Below are positions 27,560-40,274 of a DNA stretch of 64,000 nt, in pieces; position 1 is the first letter of the stretch; every line of letters begins with the position of its first letter. Location of the stretch: assembly GCF_009914755.1 (NCBI RefSeq), contig NC_060925.1, one strand, 5' to 3'. The stretch comes from the human T2T-CHM13v2.0 reference genome, Homo sapiens. The position numbers and the translations under genes are program-made. Below the pieces are notes generated by a model. It ran no database searches. It had not been told where the DNA came from and saw nothing but the letters and a program-made list of their open reading frames with translations.

Positions 27560-27975
27560 AAGTTGCAATAGTGCTTCCAATTCTTTAACCTGTCTCTCCA
27601 TCATAGACGAAGTACACTTCCCCTAGTTTTGGGGCTATGTCATGTGACTTGCTTTGGCCAATGACAATTGGATGGAAGTGACAATGTGCCAGTTCATCTT
27701 AAGCTTGAGGAGTCCTCCTGTTTTCCCACTACCCTTCTCATGTATATTCCACAGCCAGAAGAGTATTTTTCTTCTAGACCCATTGCCCCAAGACGAGGGT
27801 GACAGAAATCTGGAACCAAACTCATTCCAACTTCTGCAGCCAAACACAGAAGTGCCTACATATTCGCAGTCAGAAATGTCAAGCTAAACCCATCCTCAAT
27901 AAAGCAAACTGTAGATACTTGCCTGATAAGTGCTTGTTTTTTTGTGGTGCCTTGCTATCCGGCAATAGCTATGTG
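27560..27975 (+). mobile_element. Old MLT1 (G/H-like) LTR
   Basis: CATGTGACTTGCTTTGGCCAATGACAATTGGATGGAAGTGACAATGTGCCAGTTC is a typical MLT1 motif. Confidence 0.65.
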
Positions 27976-27983
27976 ATGCAGGT

Positions 27984-28358
27984 TGTTTAATGAGCTGAAT
28001 TGTGCCCCCTCACTATTTTTATGTTGAAGCCTTAACACAAGTACCTCAGTATGTGACTGTATTTGGAGATAGGACCTTTAAAGTGGTAATTAATGTAAAA
28101 TGACATCATTAGGGTGGGCTCTATTCTAAGGTTACTGATGTCTTTATAAGGCAAGTTGACTAGGACACAATTACCACAGAGGAAGGACAATGTGAAGACA
28201 TAGGGCCGTCTGAAAGGCAATAAGAGAGACCTCAGAATAAAACCAAACCTGCCATGGTTTAATTTGAACTTATAGACTCCAGAACTATAAGCAAATATAT
28301 TTCTGTTGTTTAAACTACGCAGTTTATGGTACTCATTATGAAAACAAAGTAAAACAGG
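27984..28358 (+). mobile_element. MLT1B-like solo LTR
   Basis: GCTGAATTGTGCCCCC, GTACCTCAGTATGTGACTGTATTTGGAGATAGGACCTTTAAAG, CTCCAGAACT, TTCTGTTGTTTAA. Confidence 0.85.
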
Positions 28359-28461
28359 TTACATTCACTATCTTTCTCTTTCTAAATATATTTTATAATC
28401 AATACCTAGTTTCCATATGTGAAGTGACTCAGGTTAGGCTACATGGATGATGTAACTCACA

Positions 28462-28680
28462 CTGTGCCCTTACCAGGCAACTTAGGTAATGACCAGCCAC
28501 AATTGGCTATTAAATATAAACATAAATTAATTAACATTAAATTTAATTAAAACTTGAGTTACTTAATCACACTATCTCCATTTCAATTGCTTAATAGTGA
28601 AATATGGCTAGTGGCTATTATATTGGAGAGGACAAATTTATAGACATTTCTATCTTCACAGAATCTTGTATTCAGCAGGA
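28462..28680 (-). mobile_element. MER3-like hAT-Charlie DNA transposon
   Basis: AGCCACAATTGGCTATTAAAT...ATGGCTAGTGGCTATTATATTGGA...ACATTTCTATCTTCACAGAA matches the reverse of recalled MER3. Confidence 0.75.
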
Positions 28681-28794
28681 TGGGGTAGAGAATCAAAGGG
28701 CACACAAGAAGATTTAAAATTATTATTCTTAGATTTTATAACTTTTATTATAGAACAATTCAGGGTATTTTTAGAAGAAAGTCTAATAAGATCT

Positions 28795-31183
28795 CAGCTT
28801 TGGACATCATCAAAATGGCAGAATAGGAGGTCGCAGGCTGCAGTGTTCACCACAGAAAGTCCAAGTAGTAACTCTTAACAGATAAAAGTACCTTTGTGAA
28901 AATTCTAAAACTTGGGAATGAAACTGAGTCACGCACGTGGACCACAGAACCCAAAACAGTGCATTAAAAGAGTAAGAGAAATTATCTCAGTTTGAGCCCA
29001 TTGCTCCACTTCATTGCTCCACTTCTGCGTCAACAATGCACCACACGGAGAGAATTCCCCTAAGATCACAGTTTCCATCATTAGAAAAAAGAACCCAATA
29101 TGGTACATTCAGCTTTCCCAGCACTTTGGGGCACTTCTTAAGAGGCCCAATACTGCTTCACTTCACAGGGAACACTGGTAGAAACTGTAAAACTAGACTG
29201 CCTGGAGTCAGGTAGAAACAAAGAAAGGGGTGGGGCTCACAGGGACCAGCACATGGATCTTGGTGGTAGCTCAGTGTTCCTGGTGGCAGTAGTGTCCAAT
29301 CAGAGATGCACCAATAGCACAGCCTATCCACAAAGCCACTCTGGTCACACCCAGAAATTCGTGGGAAGCTACATTGGCTTGAATCCCTAACAAAGAAGCC
29401 ACCCTGCCCAGCCTTAAAGTCCACCCCAAAGCTTTGCCTAAGAAGAGAGGCAATCCTCAATAATGCATTTCTATGGAATATAGCCTCTGGACCCACCCAT
29501 CTCAAGCAGCAATTCCACCTAACCTCAGAGCCTAGCACCCAGCCTAGCCTAACTGAAGAATTAAAATAGCTTTACTACCAGGAAGGGGATATAGCCTGCA
29601 ACACTGTCTGACTAGAGATGATCACAGTGCCCAGCCATCAACTCCCCTGGACATGAGAGCAAAGGCAGTGGCCCAACCCAACTAAAGAACCTGACAGAAA
29701 ACTGCCTGCCTGTGGTTGGTATCAGCTGTCCTAACCAGAAAGCCAGGCTAGACTAAATAGTGAAGTTCTACCCCTGCCAAAAAACACATGTAAAGTCCAG
29801 AAGCAGTGGTTGTATCCCCAAATGCACAGACACCAACACAAGAACACAAGCAATGAAGAAGCAGAAAATTATGACAATACTGTATGAAAACAATGAATCC
29901 TTAATGATAGACCTCAAAGAAGTAGAGATCTGTGAAAGGACTGATAAAGAATTCATAAAACAATCTTCTTAAAGTTTAGCAAGCTACAACAAAATAAAGA
30001 TAAAATATTAAATGAAACTTGGAAAACAGTACAGTAATAAATGAGAATTTTGACAAAGAAATAGAAATAATAAAAAACCCCAAATGACATCCTACAGATG
30101 AAAAGTACAATGACTGAACTGAAAATGTAATAGAAGGCTTCAATAACAGACACAATTAAGTAGAAAAAGGCATCAGTGGACTCAAGGACAAAACATTTGG
30201 AATTATTCAGTCAGAAGAGCAAAAATGAAAAAGACTTAAAGAGAGAAAAGAAAGCCTGTGGGAATTATGGTACACCATTAAAAGAACAGACTTTCTTATA
30301 ACAGGAGTTTCATAAGGAGAAGAACAAGGGCAATTAGCATATTTAATGAAATAATGGCTGAAAATGTTCCAAATCTGGTGAAAGATGCCAACATCCTGGG
30401 TCTCCAATCAAATTCAACTTAAAGAAGAGTTTGTTCAAGACATATCATAATCAACCTATCAAGAATTAAAGACAAAAAAAATTCTGAAAGCTTCACAAGA
30501 TAAGAAACATCATATACAAGATAATCCAATGACCAGCAGAAAATGTCTCAGCAGAAACCCTACAGGCCAGGAGAGAAGGATGTTATATTCAAAGTGCTGA
30601 AAAACAAACAAACAAAACTATCGAATACTTTACTTGGAAAAGCTTATTTCTCCTTTCTGAAGGAGAAATAAGAAGTTTCATGGACAAACAAAAGCTAAGG
30701 AAGTTCATCACCACTAGGCCTGCCTTACAATTATTGCTATAAGGGTTCATTAAGCTCAAATAATAGGGCACTAATTAATGAAATAAAACCTATGAAAGTG
30801 TAAAGCTCAACAACATACGTAATACATAGTCATTTTCAAAAATACTCTAGTACTATAATTGTGGTGTGTAAAGCAATTTTTTCTCTACTATGAGGGCTAA
30901 AACACAAAAGTATTTAGAACTGCTGTAGCTACAATAATTTGTTAAAGAATATAAATTGCAAAAATGTAATTTTGACATGGAAATCAGAAAAAAAATGAGA
31001 GGGAAGGTAAAAGTGTAGGTTATTTTTATGTGATCAAAGTTAAGTTGTTCACTGCTTAAAAAGTTAAGTTGTTAACAGCTTAAAATAGCCTGTTAGAATA
31101 GACATTTTATCATAAGCCTCATGGTTACCACAATGCAATCTCCTGTAACAGATGTATAAAACATAAAATGAAGTGATTCCATT
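28795..31183 (+). mobile_element. Old L1 (L1M1/M2 class) 5'UTR + decayed ORF1 + inter-ORF spacer
   Basis: CAAAATGGCAGAATAGGAGG 5' end; ORF1-like from ~29850 (TCTCAGCAGAAACCCTACAGGCCAGGAGAG, CAAAAGCTAAGGAAGTTCATCACCACTAGGCCTGCCTTACAA). Confidence 0.85.
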
Positions 31184-31680
31184 TGGAGGCAGAGCAAGAT
31201 GGCAGACTAGGATCATCCAGTCATCATCCCCCAAAAGAAATGTGAATTTGAACAGCCATTCACACAACAAAATACCTTCACAAGAGCTAAGGGAACAAGG
31301 AGAGTGACCACAGTACCTGGTTACAGCCTAATAACAAGAAAAGATGCATTGATGAGAACAGAAAATTTCATGTTGCCTGCACCACACCTCCCTGAACCCC
31401 AATCAGCACAGACACACTCTCTGCTTGGGAGGAGAAAAGGGATGTGTGCATGAAACTTTGCCTTGAAAACCATTAACAGTCCTGTCACAGAAAAACACAA
31501 GGGTAGTCAGAATGCTGTGGCCCCTGATTACAGTCTGGTGCAATAGATGGAGCTTCTAGACTTAACCGGGCACCAGGTGAGAATTTGCTTCTCTGGTGGG
31601 ACAGATCGAAGTCCTACCCTGAATCTTGATTGAACAACTACAGTGTCCTCGCGCCCCCAAAAATTTCAGTGGCAGGCAGC
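31184..31680 (+). mobile_element. Second L1 5'UTR fragment (different L1M/L1MA 5' end)
   Basis: GGAGGCAGAGCAAGATGGCAGACTAG is a canonical L1 5' terminus with the YY1-type CAAGATGGC; more GC-rich than its flanks. Confidence 0.8.
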
Positions 31681-33802
31681 TATAATACATACAAGTGAAA
31701 AAGCAAAGAATCAAAACATACTACTGGAGAAAATCACATAACCACAAAGAAAAACAGTAAGGCAGGAAGAAAGGACTTACAAAACAACCACAAAACAGAT
31801 AAGAAAATGGCATTAGTAAGTTCTTACCTATCAAAAATTATCTTGCATGTAAATGGATTAAATTCTCCAATTAAAAGACAGAGTGGATAAATGGAATACA
31901 AAAATCACATTCCAATTAAATTCTGCCTAGGAGAAACTGACTTCACCTAAAAAGACATGTATACACTAAAAGTGAAAGCATAGTATAAATACTCCACATA
32001 AAAGTAAGCCAAAAAAGAGCAGGAGTAGCTATTCTTAACATCAGGTAAAATAAACTTTAAATCAAAAATGATTTTAAAAAGGACAAAGAAAGCTATCATA
32101 TAATAATAAAGTGGTCACTATAGCAGGGGGATATAACAATTATAAATATGTATGCAGCCAATAACAGAGCACTTAAATGTATAAAGAAAATATTAATAGA
32201 CATTAATAGACTTAAAGGAGAGCAACTGCAATACAATAATAATAGGAGAATTCAACACCCCACTTTCAACAATAGACAGGTCTTCCAGACTGAAAATCAA
32301 TAAATAAACTTGGGAGTTAAATTGTGCTCCAAACTAAATGGCTCTAATAGACATTTATTAAAAATTTGATCCAACAGCAGCAGAATACACGTGAAATATT
32401 TTCCAGGATAGACCACATGTTAGACCACAAAGCAAGTCTTAACAATTTTTTAAAAATGTAAGTTATATTATATTTTCTCACCACAATGAAATAAAACTAG
32501 AAATAAATAATAGAAGGAACATTGGAAACTGTACAAAAACTTGAAAATTAAATGACAAGGTCAGAAACAACCTTAGGTGAATGGAAAATTAAAAAGAAAA
32601 TTAAAAAATTTCCTGAGACAAATGAAAATGGAAACACAACATACCCAAAGCTGTGAGATATAGCAATAGCTTAAAGTCATAAATTCCTACAGCAAAAATT
32701 ACAAAAATCTTAAATAAACAACCTAATATTATACCTCAAGGAACAAGAAAAATAAGAACAAACTAAGCCTAAAATCAGTAGAAGGAAAGAAATAATAAAG
32801 ACCAGAGCAGAAACAAACAAAATGTAGACTAATTGAACAATATAAAAGATCAGCAAAACAGAGTTGGTTTGTGAAAAGATAAAATTGTCAAGCCATAACT
32901 AGCCTAAGAAAAAATGAGAGAAGACTGAAATAAATAAACTCAGGGAGGAAAAATGAGACATTAAAACTGATAGTCACAAAAATACAAAGGATCTGAAGAG
33001 ACTATTATGAATAACTATGTGTGAATGAATTAAAAGTGCTAGAAGAAACAGACAAATTTCTGGGCACATACAACCTATCAAGATTGATTCATAAAAAAAT
33101 AGAAAACCTAAGCAGACTAATAATAAGCAGTGAGATTGAAGTAGTATTGAAAAGTTTCTTATCAAAGAAAAGCCCAGGACCTTATAGCTTCTCTGCTGAA
33201 TTTGACTACACATTTGACAAACTAATATCAATTCTTCTTCAAACTATTCCAAAAATTTGAAAAGGAATGAATATTCCTTTTCTAATTTAGAAGGCCAAAT
33301 TATTCTTATACCAAAACCAGACAAGGGACAACAGAAAAAGAAAACCACAGGTCAATATTCCTGATGAACGTATATAAGTGCAAAAGTCCTCAACAAAATA
33401 CTAGTGAACCTAATTCAATGGCAAATTAAAATATTATTTACCCTGATCAAGTGGGATTTATTCCAGGGATGAAATAATGGTTCAATATTTATAAAACAAT
33501 AAATGCAAAATCAAGGGAAAAACATACAATTTTTCAATAGATGCTTTAAAAGCATTCAGTAAAATCAATATCAATTCAAGATTAAAATGATCAAAAATTT
33601 GTGTATAAACACAATACAATGAACACAACACCAAATGACAAACCCACAGCTAACATCATACCAAACAAGGATAAGTTTAAAGTTTTTCCTCTAAGATCTT
33701 GAACAAGACAAGGTTGCCCATTTTCACCTCTTTAATTCAATATAGTATTGGAAATTCTAGCTAGAGCAATTAGGCAAGAGAAATAAATAAATGGCTTCCA
33801 AA
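31681..33802 (+). pseudogene. Decayed L1 ORF2 (endonuclease to start of RT), 3'-truncated
   Basis: ATG at 31807 (MALVSSYLSKIILHVNGLNSPIKR), GGAGAATTCAACACCCCACTTTCA (GxFNTPLS), KSPGP motif in ORF 33021-33260, ACAAGACAAGGTTGCCCA (TRQGCP); multiple stops. Confidence 0.9.
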
Positions 33803-34849
33803 CTGTTATTCTGATGCTGGTGACACTGGTGTAAACCACCCTACTTGCTCACTGTGAGTTGTATCATGGAATTGTGTGCACTACATAATACCTGATAATG
33901 ATAAATGACTATATTATTAGTTTATGTATTTACTGTACCTTTTACTATTATTTTGCAATATTTTCCTTATACTTAAAAAAGTGTATTGTAAAACAGATTC
34001 AACTAGGTCCTGAGGTATTTCAGAAGTCATTGTCATCATAGAAGAGGACACCTCCATGTATTTTACTGTCCCTGAAGACCATCCAGTGGAACAAGATGTC
34101 AATGTGGAAGACAGTGATAGTGAAGATCCTGATCGTGTGTAGGCATGGGCTATGTGTGTTTGTGTCTTTGGTTTTAACAAAAATATTTTCAAAATGTAAA
34201 AATTAAATAGAAAGGATCTTATAGAATAAGAATATAATGAAATAAAATATTCTTAAACAGCAGTGTAATGTTTGTGTTTTAAGCTAAGCAGTATTGTAAA
34301 AGACTCTAAAAGTTAAAAAAAAGTTTATTAAGTGAAAAGCACAGTGAGGTGAGGTTAATTTATTATTAAATAAAAGTTTAAAATAAATGTTGTAAGGCCT
34401 GAATGTGCAATGTTTATAGTCTACAGTAGTGTACAGTGATCTCCTAAGCCTTCACATTTACTCACCACTCACTCACTGACTCACCCAGAGCAACTTTCGG
34501 TCCTGCAAATTCCATTCCTTATAAGTGCACTATGTTGGCATAACATTTTTAAGTCACCTATACCACATTCTTACTGTTCCTTTTCTATGCTTAGATAATG
34601 TTTATGTATATAAATACTTACCATTGTGTTACAGTTGCTTATAGTGTTCAGTACAGTAAAATTAGGCACAAGTTTGTAGCCTACACTGGCTACAATATAA
34701 GGAGCAACATACCGTACCTCATAGCCCAGGGATGTAGTAGGCTATCCACCTAGGTTTGTGCAAGTACACTGCATAATATTCACATAATGACAAAGTTGCC
34801 TAATGACACATTTCTCAAAGCATTCCTATCATTAAGTGGTGCATTGTTG
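33803..34849 (-). mobile_element. Tigger3b-like (Tc1/mariner-pogo) DNA transposon, one end missing
   Basis: CTCACCACTCACTCACTGACTCACCCAGAGCAACTT, GTGGAAGACAGTGATAGTGAAGATCCTGA, TAGGTTTGTGCAAGTACACT; degenerate TIR plus TA near 34850. Strand from recalled consensus. Confidence 0.85.
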
Positions 34850-36565
34850 TATCAGGAATAGAAATAAAGTCAATCTTGAAACTATTTCCCTTTGATTAAT
34901 AGCTTTATTTTAGTTGCATTCTGTTAGGAGCAAGCAAGCACAGATTATGAGGGATCACATCATATTATTTTTCAAAAGTTGAATGGTTTAAAATGGTTAT
35001 TTTAGTAAAAAATAAAATATAAAATAAAATAATCACTTTAACTGTAATAAGTGTTATTGAATAGAATGCCTGCCATCTCAATACAAGCTTTTAACCTTAT
35101 GAGATGTTTTTCTAAACTCTACATGTTCCAGGTTTATTTTTTACAATCTTACCTGACAGTATCACTCTGGTGATTTTAAACAGAAAGAAAATATGTATAT
35201 ACCTCATGGACTTATTTATGCTTGTAAAGCATTCAGCATTACTTTAAATATTTGGCTTGTCCCATTTTGCTTTCAGAAGCCTATATGTTTTCTGATATCT
35301 CATCTCGTAGTAGGCCCTTTGTCATCTAAATTTTTATCTTCAAAGGTATTGAGAAAGGACCCTGAATGGCTAGAAATAAATCTACTTTCACTCTGATAAA
35401 TACTAGCTTCAAACATACTTATTCCAGTAAAATTTTGAACAGTGGTAAAGCTAGATGAGGTGAGGAGGTGACTGAGTGTGTTTCCCATAGGTAATCACTT
35501 CCAGAGTGCTTTATTAGAGTACGTTGCAGGGCTGAAAACTCTTTATATTTGTGTTTCATCTTGGTAAGCCTCAACCTCCTCTTCCTAGCAAGTCTTTCTC
35601 TAAACATTTTGTCCATTATTTCACAGATATCAATATGGAAACATTAAATAAATACTCCAAAGCAATGATTAGAAACACTTAAGTTTAATGATATAATCAT
35701 TTGAAAAATTGAAAATAAGACTTTCAATAAATTATATATCTATGTGTGGTATGAAATCACCACAGTTTTTAAGAGGAGATTTTCTTTACTCTTGTAATTG
35801 ATTTATTGTGTACAACACCTATTAAATACAAAATATCTGTGAAAAGGCGATTACCTATATTTCTGTCTTTAAAAGTAAAGATGAAAGTCATATGGCATTT
35901 TATAATTTGAAATTAAGTAATGGCCTGAGGTTATGATATAAAATGTTAGTAAACACAAAGATTTATTTTTATAATAAGTATACTACATCATCAATACTAC
36001 AGTAAAGAACAACCAACAGATAAGGCATTACCAGCTTTCTCCTGGGCTCCTTGCAGAACAGCTATAGTGGGACAGGGTCTGGCTATAATCCCTGGTTGCA
36101 CCACTAATGCCAAGCATGTTGAATGCTGTGTTGCCTTGAGATAGGTTAGTAAAATGCTTCAGCACCTGGAAATCCACTACAACATTCATTTGGAAAGCAT
36201 ACTTATTGTGCGCCAGGGAGCTACTGAAAAAGTGCTACTGGAGCTCACATATACTGGATGGTCTTCTCATTGACACTTAGCTGCACTTTTAGTGTTGTCC
36301 TAACTAGCTGCACAGAGATTCTGCTATGTAGCCATGTATTTTCTGCATATTAATTCTCCACTGTAATTTAGAAATAGAAACATGGCAATTTGTTTGGATT
36401 CTAAATATATTTTCATGGTCTCAAAAATCTTACCATTACATTTTTTCAGTAAAGGAAAGGTAGAGGGGTGAGATTCTTTAAATATAAGTTGAGCCTTTGT
36501 ACATATGGGATTTAAATTTTTTGCATCATCTATTTTTATGAAGAAAATTTATTATTAAGAATGAG

Positions 36566-36940
36566 TGTAGTACATTCTGGGGCTTGGTCCAGATTACCCC
36601 TGGCTGAAGCCCCACAGCTGTGTCTCTCCAGGATACTGCTCTCTGCTGCTGGAAATTCCCTTGCACAAAAGTATGTCATCTTTTAGAAAGCAGCTGGCTA
36701 CTAATTATTAATAATGAATGAATACAAAGGCCCAGTCTTCTGGGCTCAATTTGGAACATTCTGAAGGTTCCAAACTCAATCTTCAGAGTTCCCTGTAAGA
36801 TCATCGGAGTCTTCAACTGTTACCTCACTATGGATTAGAGTGTCTTTCTGCCTGATCTGGTTTCTTCATTTCCTTGGGATATATCTCCTGAGAGCATGCA
36901 ATTTCCCATCTCACAGTTTGTTTCCAGCACAGTGACTATG
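36566..36940 (+). mobile_element. LTR16-like ERVL LTR
   Basis: CTTCAGAGTTCCCTGTAAGATC, TTTCTGCCTGATCTGGTTTCTTCATTTCC, CATCTCACAGTTTGTTTCCAG. Confidence 0.6.
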
Positions 36941-37424
36941 CCATAATGACTACCAAAAATTTGAGGAGGTTATTATTAATAAACTTTTATCAGAATAGCA
37001 TGTGTACTTTATTCTAACATACACATATTTTAAAGACTTTGTACAGATGCTGTAATAAAGAAAAAAGGATACCATCATAGTGGTTTTCTACCTTCCTATG
37101 ACTTTTGCTTTATTTGGAGTATTTTCTAGAACCATACGCCTTTGCTCTCAAAAACAAAATTTAGAAAACATGGTTCACCAATCTTTTTGGTAGGCAAGTC
37201 ACCTAATGGAGTCCTGAGTCCACCATTTGTATTTACCTGTGCAAAGATTTGCATTTGAAGTAAACTTGAAAAAGAAGGAAGCTTCCATCAGAAGCCATTT
37301 AATTGACAGAGGTTGAAGTGGAAGCCTCTAGCTTTTAGCAATGGTAGAAGTTTTCAGAAGTCCCGGAGGTCCAGTAGTGGGGCTGAAGGAGAGGTTTTTT
37401 TCTATAGCAGCATTAGTGGTTTGT

Positions 37425-37568
37425 CTTTAATCTATCTTGTTGAAGTATGGTTGACATGTAAAGAGCTATACATATTTAATGTGTACATCTCTATGAGTTT
37501 GGGAGTAGGTATACATCCACGAAACTACTACCACCATCAAGGCAATAGACATATCCATCACCTCCCAG
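37425..37568 (-). mobile_element. Short L1MA-type 3' tip, within a probable old ERVL (LTR33-like) LTR at ~37130-37740
   Basis: TTGAAGTATGGTTGACAT...CATATTTAATGTGTACATC...ACCACCATCAAGGCAATAGACATATCCATCACCTCCCA. Confidence 0.75.
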
Positions 37569-38334
37569 GTTTCTTGTCAGGCTGAATCTGCAGCAGAATT
37601 TGGGACATTGTAACTGAAGCTTAGTTATGAGCCTGGTGCTTCATTTCTCCCAACATTTCTGCAGCTACTCAGTATCCTTTTAATAAGTTCTTTACTGTTT
37701 TATCAGCACAAATCACCTAACTTTTACTACTAAGAACTAAAAATTTACGTGTTTGTGTGTGTGTGTGTGTATATAATTTTTACAAATGCTATGTTCTTAA
37801 TGTTATAAAATGTTCTACAGGTGGAAATGTTATTTCCATGTGTAAACAGAACATAATTTCTTATGAGTAAACTACTTTTTCTAAGAAGTAGTCTGTCTCT
37901 GGAATATTAGCCTAAATTTAGTCAGTAGTAATTGATGTTTTGACTATTCTGAATACATGTAGATATAGCTCTAAGTGCTACAGCCATTCATATGAGTATT
38001 CAATATTCTCTTAATGTTCAATAGTGTTTGGGTCGCCATAAAATTCCAAATTTATGACATGAAAAGTTTAACTCTGTTTTGTGAACACTTGTTAAGAATA
38101 ACTAAGGACCTTGTAAGATAGCTGCATATTCATGATTTTTAAAATATAACAATTGGTCCATATGCCACCTCATAATAATTTGCTTTTGCCATATTGTTAA
38201 TTACATAGAAAGACAAATCTTTTTTTAATCAAAGATGTAAAATAATTTTTAAAAATAGAAGGTATTTATAGTTACAGAACCCTAACCATACGTCTTAAAA
38301 GACAAATTTTCTCAGATGTGCCATCTAAATTTTC

Positions 38335-38890
38335 ACCCATCCCTTTGTTCAAAAATCACCTATTGAGTGACTACTATGTGCCAAGCATCACTCTAGTCAT
38401 TAGGAATACAACAGTGAACCAAAGACTCAAAATCTCTTAGAGAGCTCATATTCTAATGAGTTGAAGCAGACGACACAAAACAAATTTTATAATAGATAGC
38501 AGCACTGATCATATGTATATAGAATAACTACAAAATAGTGTAAAAAAAGTCAGAGAAGTACTTGTTCTAAAAGTGAGAATTACAGAGACAGATGAATCCA
38601 ATCAGAGGCTGAGCCATTTGGAGAGCTGAGGAAAAAGTATTAAACAGGCAGAGAATACAGCACATTCAAAGGCCCTGAGTCAGGACAAAGATGAGTGTGT
38701 GTGAGAAAATAGTGATCAGTGTGGCTCAAATACAGCAAGTGAAGAGGAGAGTGATAGCAGATAAGGGTACTAAAAGGGGATTCACATGCATAAGACATTA
38801 TGGGCCATTGTTACTACTTAGAATTTTATTTTGACTATTAGGAAATTTATTGGATAATTTTATAACTTATGTTTTGAAAGTGCTCACTTT
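38335..38890 (-). mobile_element. L2 fragment
   Basis: TATTGAGTGACTACTATGTGCCAAGCA, GGAATACAACAGTGAAC, CAGGCAGAGAATACAGCACATTCAAAGGCCCTGAG. Confidence 0.82.
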
Positions 38891-39940
38891 TAGGAAATAA
38901 ATTTATAGTTCTCTAAATTTTCCCATAATGGCAACTCTGTGGTCCTTCTATTTACTGTCCTTTTAATGAAAGTATCAATCTTCCCTAAGTCAAATCAGAA
39001 ATACATGAATTTCAGTTTTCCACATTCTCACTAACATTTACTATTTTGGCTTTTGTAATTTTAGTCATTCTTTTGTGAATGTAACAGTGTGCCATTGTGG
39101 CTTTTATTCATATTTCTATGATGACTAATGAGGCTGCACAAATTTTCATGTGCATATTGACCATTTGTACATCTTCATTGTGAAGTGTCTTTTTGCCATT
39201 CTTCATATTATTGTCCATGTTATTTTACTGAAGAGTCTAAAGGTTAATTATATAGTATAGATGTATGTGTGATATATTATATTAATAGTTTTGTCTTCAT
39301 AAAATTTTTGACTTTTTCAAATTGTGAAGATATTATCATACATTTTCCTTTAGAAATCTTATAGTTTCAATATATTTGTATATATCTTGAATTAATTTAT
39401 CGGACTGATGTAAGGTAGATGTGGCAGTACATTTATATATATATATATACGCACACATACTTATTCAGTTTTTATATATATTTAATTATTTTTATATATG
39501 TATTCAGTTATTTCAGCTATTCAATTGAAAAGACATTCCTTTGCAAATTTGCCAAAAATAATTTGACCATGGATATGTGTACATTTTCTGGAAATTCTGT
39601 TATAATCCATTGATTTATTTTTCTGTATTTCACCAATAATGTACTGTTTAGCTTATTAAATTTTTCTGCAAAAATTATAAACTGTGAATTTCTTCTTTTT
39701 TCAGTATTATTTAGGTATTCTAGGTTATTTACTGCACCATATACATGTTATAACAAACATTAATCTGTATAAATAAATGGATTATAGGGATTTATTACAT
39801 TGGTATTGAGTTTATAGGTCAATGTTGGGAGCACGGATATCTTAATTTTTTTCTTCCAATACATGGACTTGGCAGGCCTCTCTTTTTAATTAGATATTAT
39901 TCAATTTATCTTAGCACACTTTTCTATTTTTCAGTGAAGA

Positions 39941-40241
39941 GCACTTAACTCTGGTTTTTATTAGTTTGGGTAAATTATGTGGCCACAGTGGCTGACGGAA
40001 GATTTGCCAACCTTGATAGTTTAGTATAGCTTAATCAAACTTCAGTTTATTGCTTAATTTGTATCACTGCTTTTTCCCATGGGAGTATGGTTGAGCCAGG
40101 CATTAAAAGCACCTGTTGTGTGCTTGATATCTGCTCCTTTTGATATTAGGTGATCTGGAGATCATTCTCCCTGGAATAGGGATGGTTGCATATGTAATCT
40201 TACTGAAAGCCAATAAAAAGGTTAGGGCCAACAAGCCTTTG
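39941..40241 (-). pseudogene. MT-RNR1: NUMT: nuclear copy of the 5' ~300 nt of mitochondrial 12S rRNA
   Basis: Reverse complement reads CAAAGGCTTGTTGGCCCTAACC...AGTAAGATTACATATGCAA...ATCAAAAGGAGCAGATATCAAGCAC...CCCATGGGAAAAAGCAGTGAT...AGCAATAAACTGAAGTTTGATTAAGCTATACTAA...GGTTGGCAAATCTTCCGTCAGCCACTGTGGCCACA, collinear with recalled mammalian 12S. Confidence 0.92.
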
Positions 40242-40274
40242 TATTTATGGAGTTACGTGAACTCATCTAGGCAT
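40242..40274 (-). pseudogene. MT-TF: NUMT: 3' part of mitochondrial tRNA-Phe, contiguous with 12S
   Basis: Reverse complement ATGCCTAGATGAGTTCACGTAACTCCATAAATA directly precedes the 12S start, as in mtDNA gene order. Confidence 0.82.

Noticed and set aside
28999-31083. Small tandem duplications (13 bp at 28999-29024; 24 bp at 31036-31083)
   Set aside because: Real but ordinary slippage events inside a dead L1.
35419-35616. 65-aa basic ORF (RERLARKRRLRL) resembling an NLS
   Set aside because: Arises from a pyrimidine-rich strand read in reverse; no recognisable homology.
39941-40274. Functional rRNA/tRNA gene or mtDNA contamination
   Set aside because: Truncated, CpG-decayed, unlike modern human mtDNA, and embedded in a nuclear L1.
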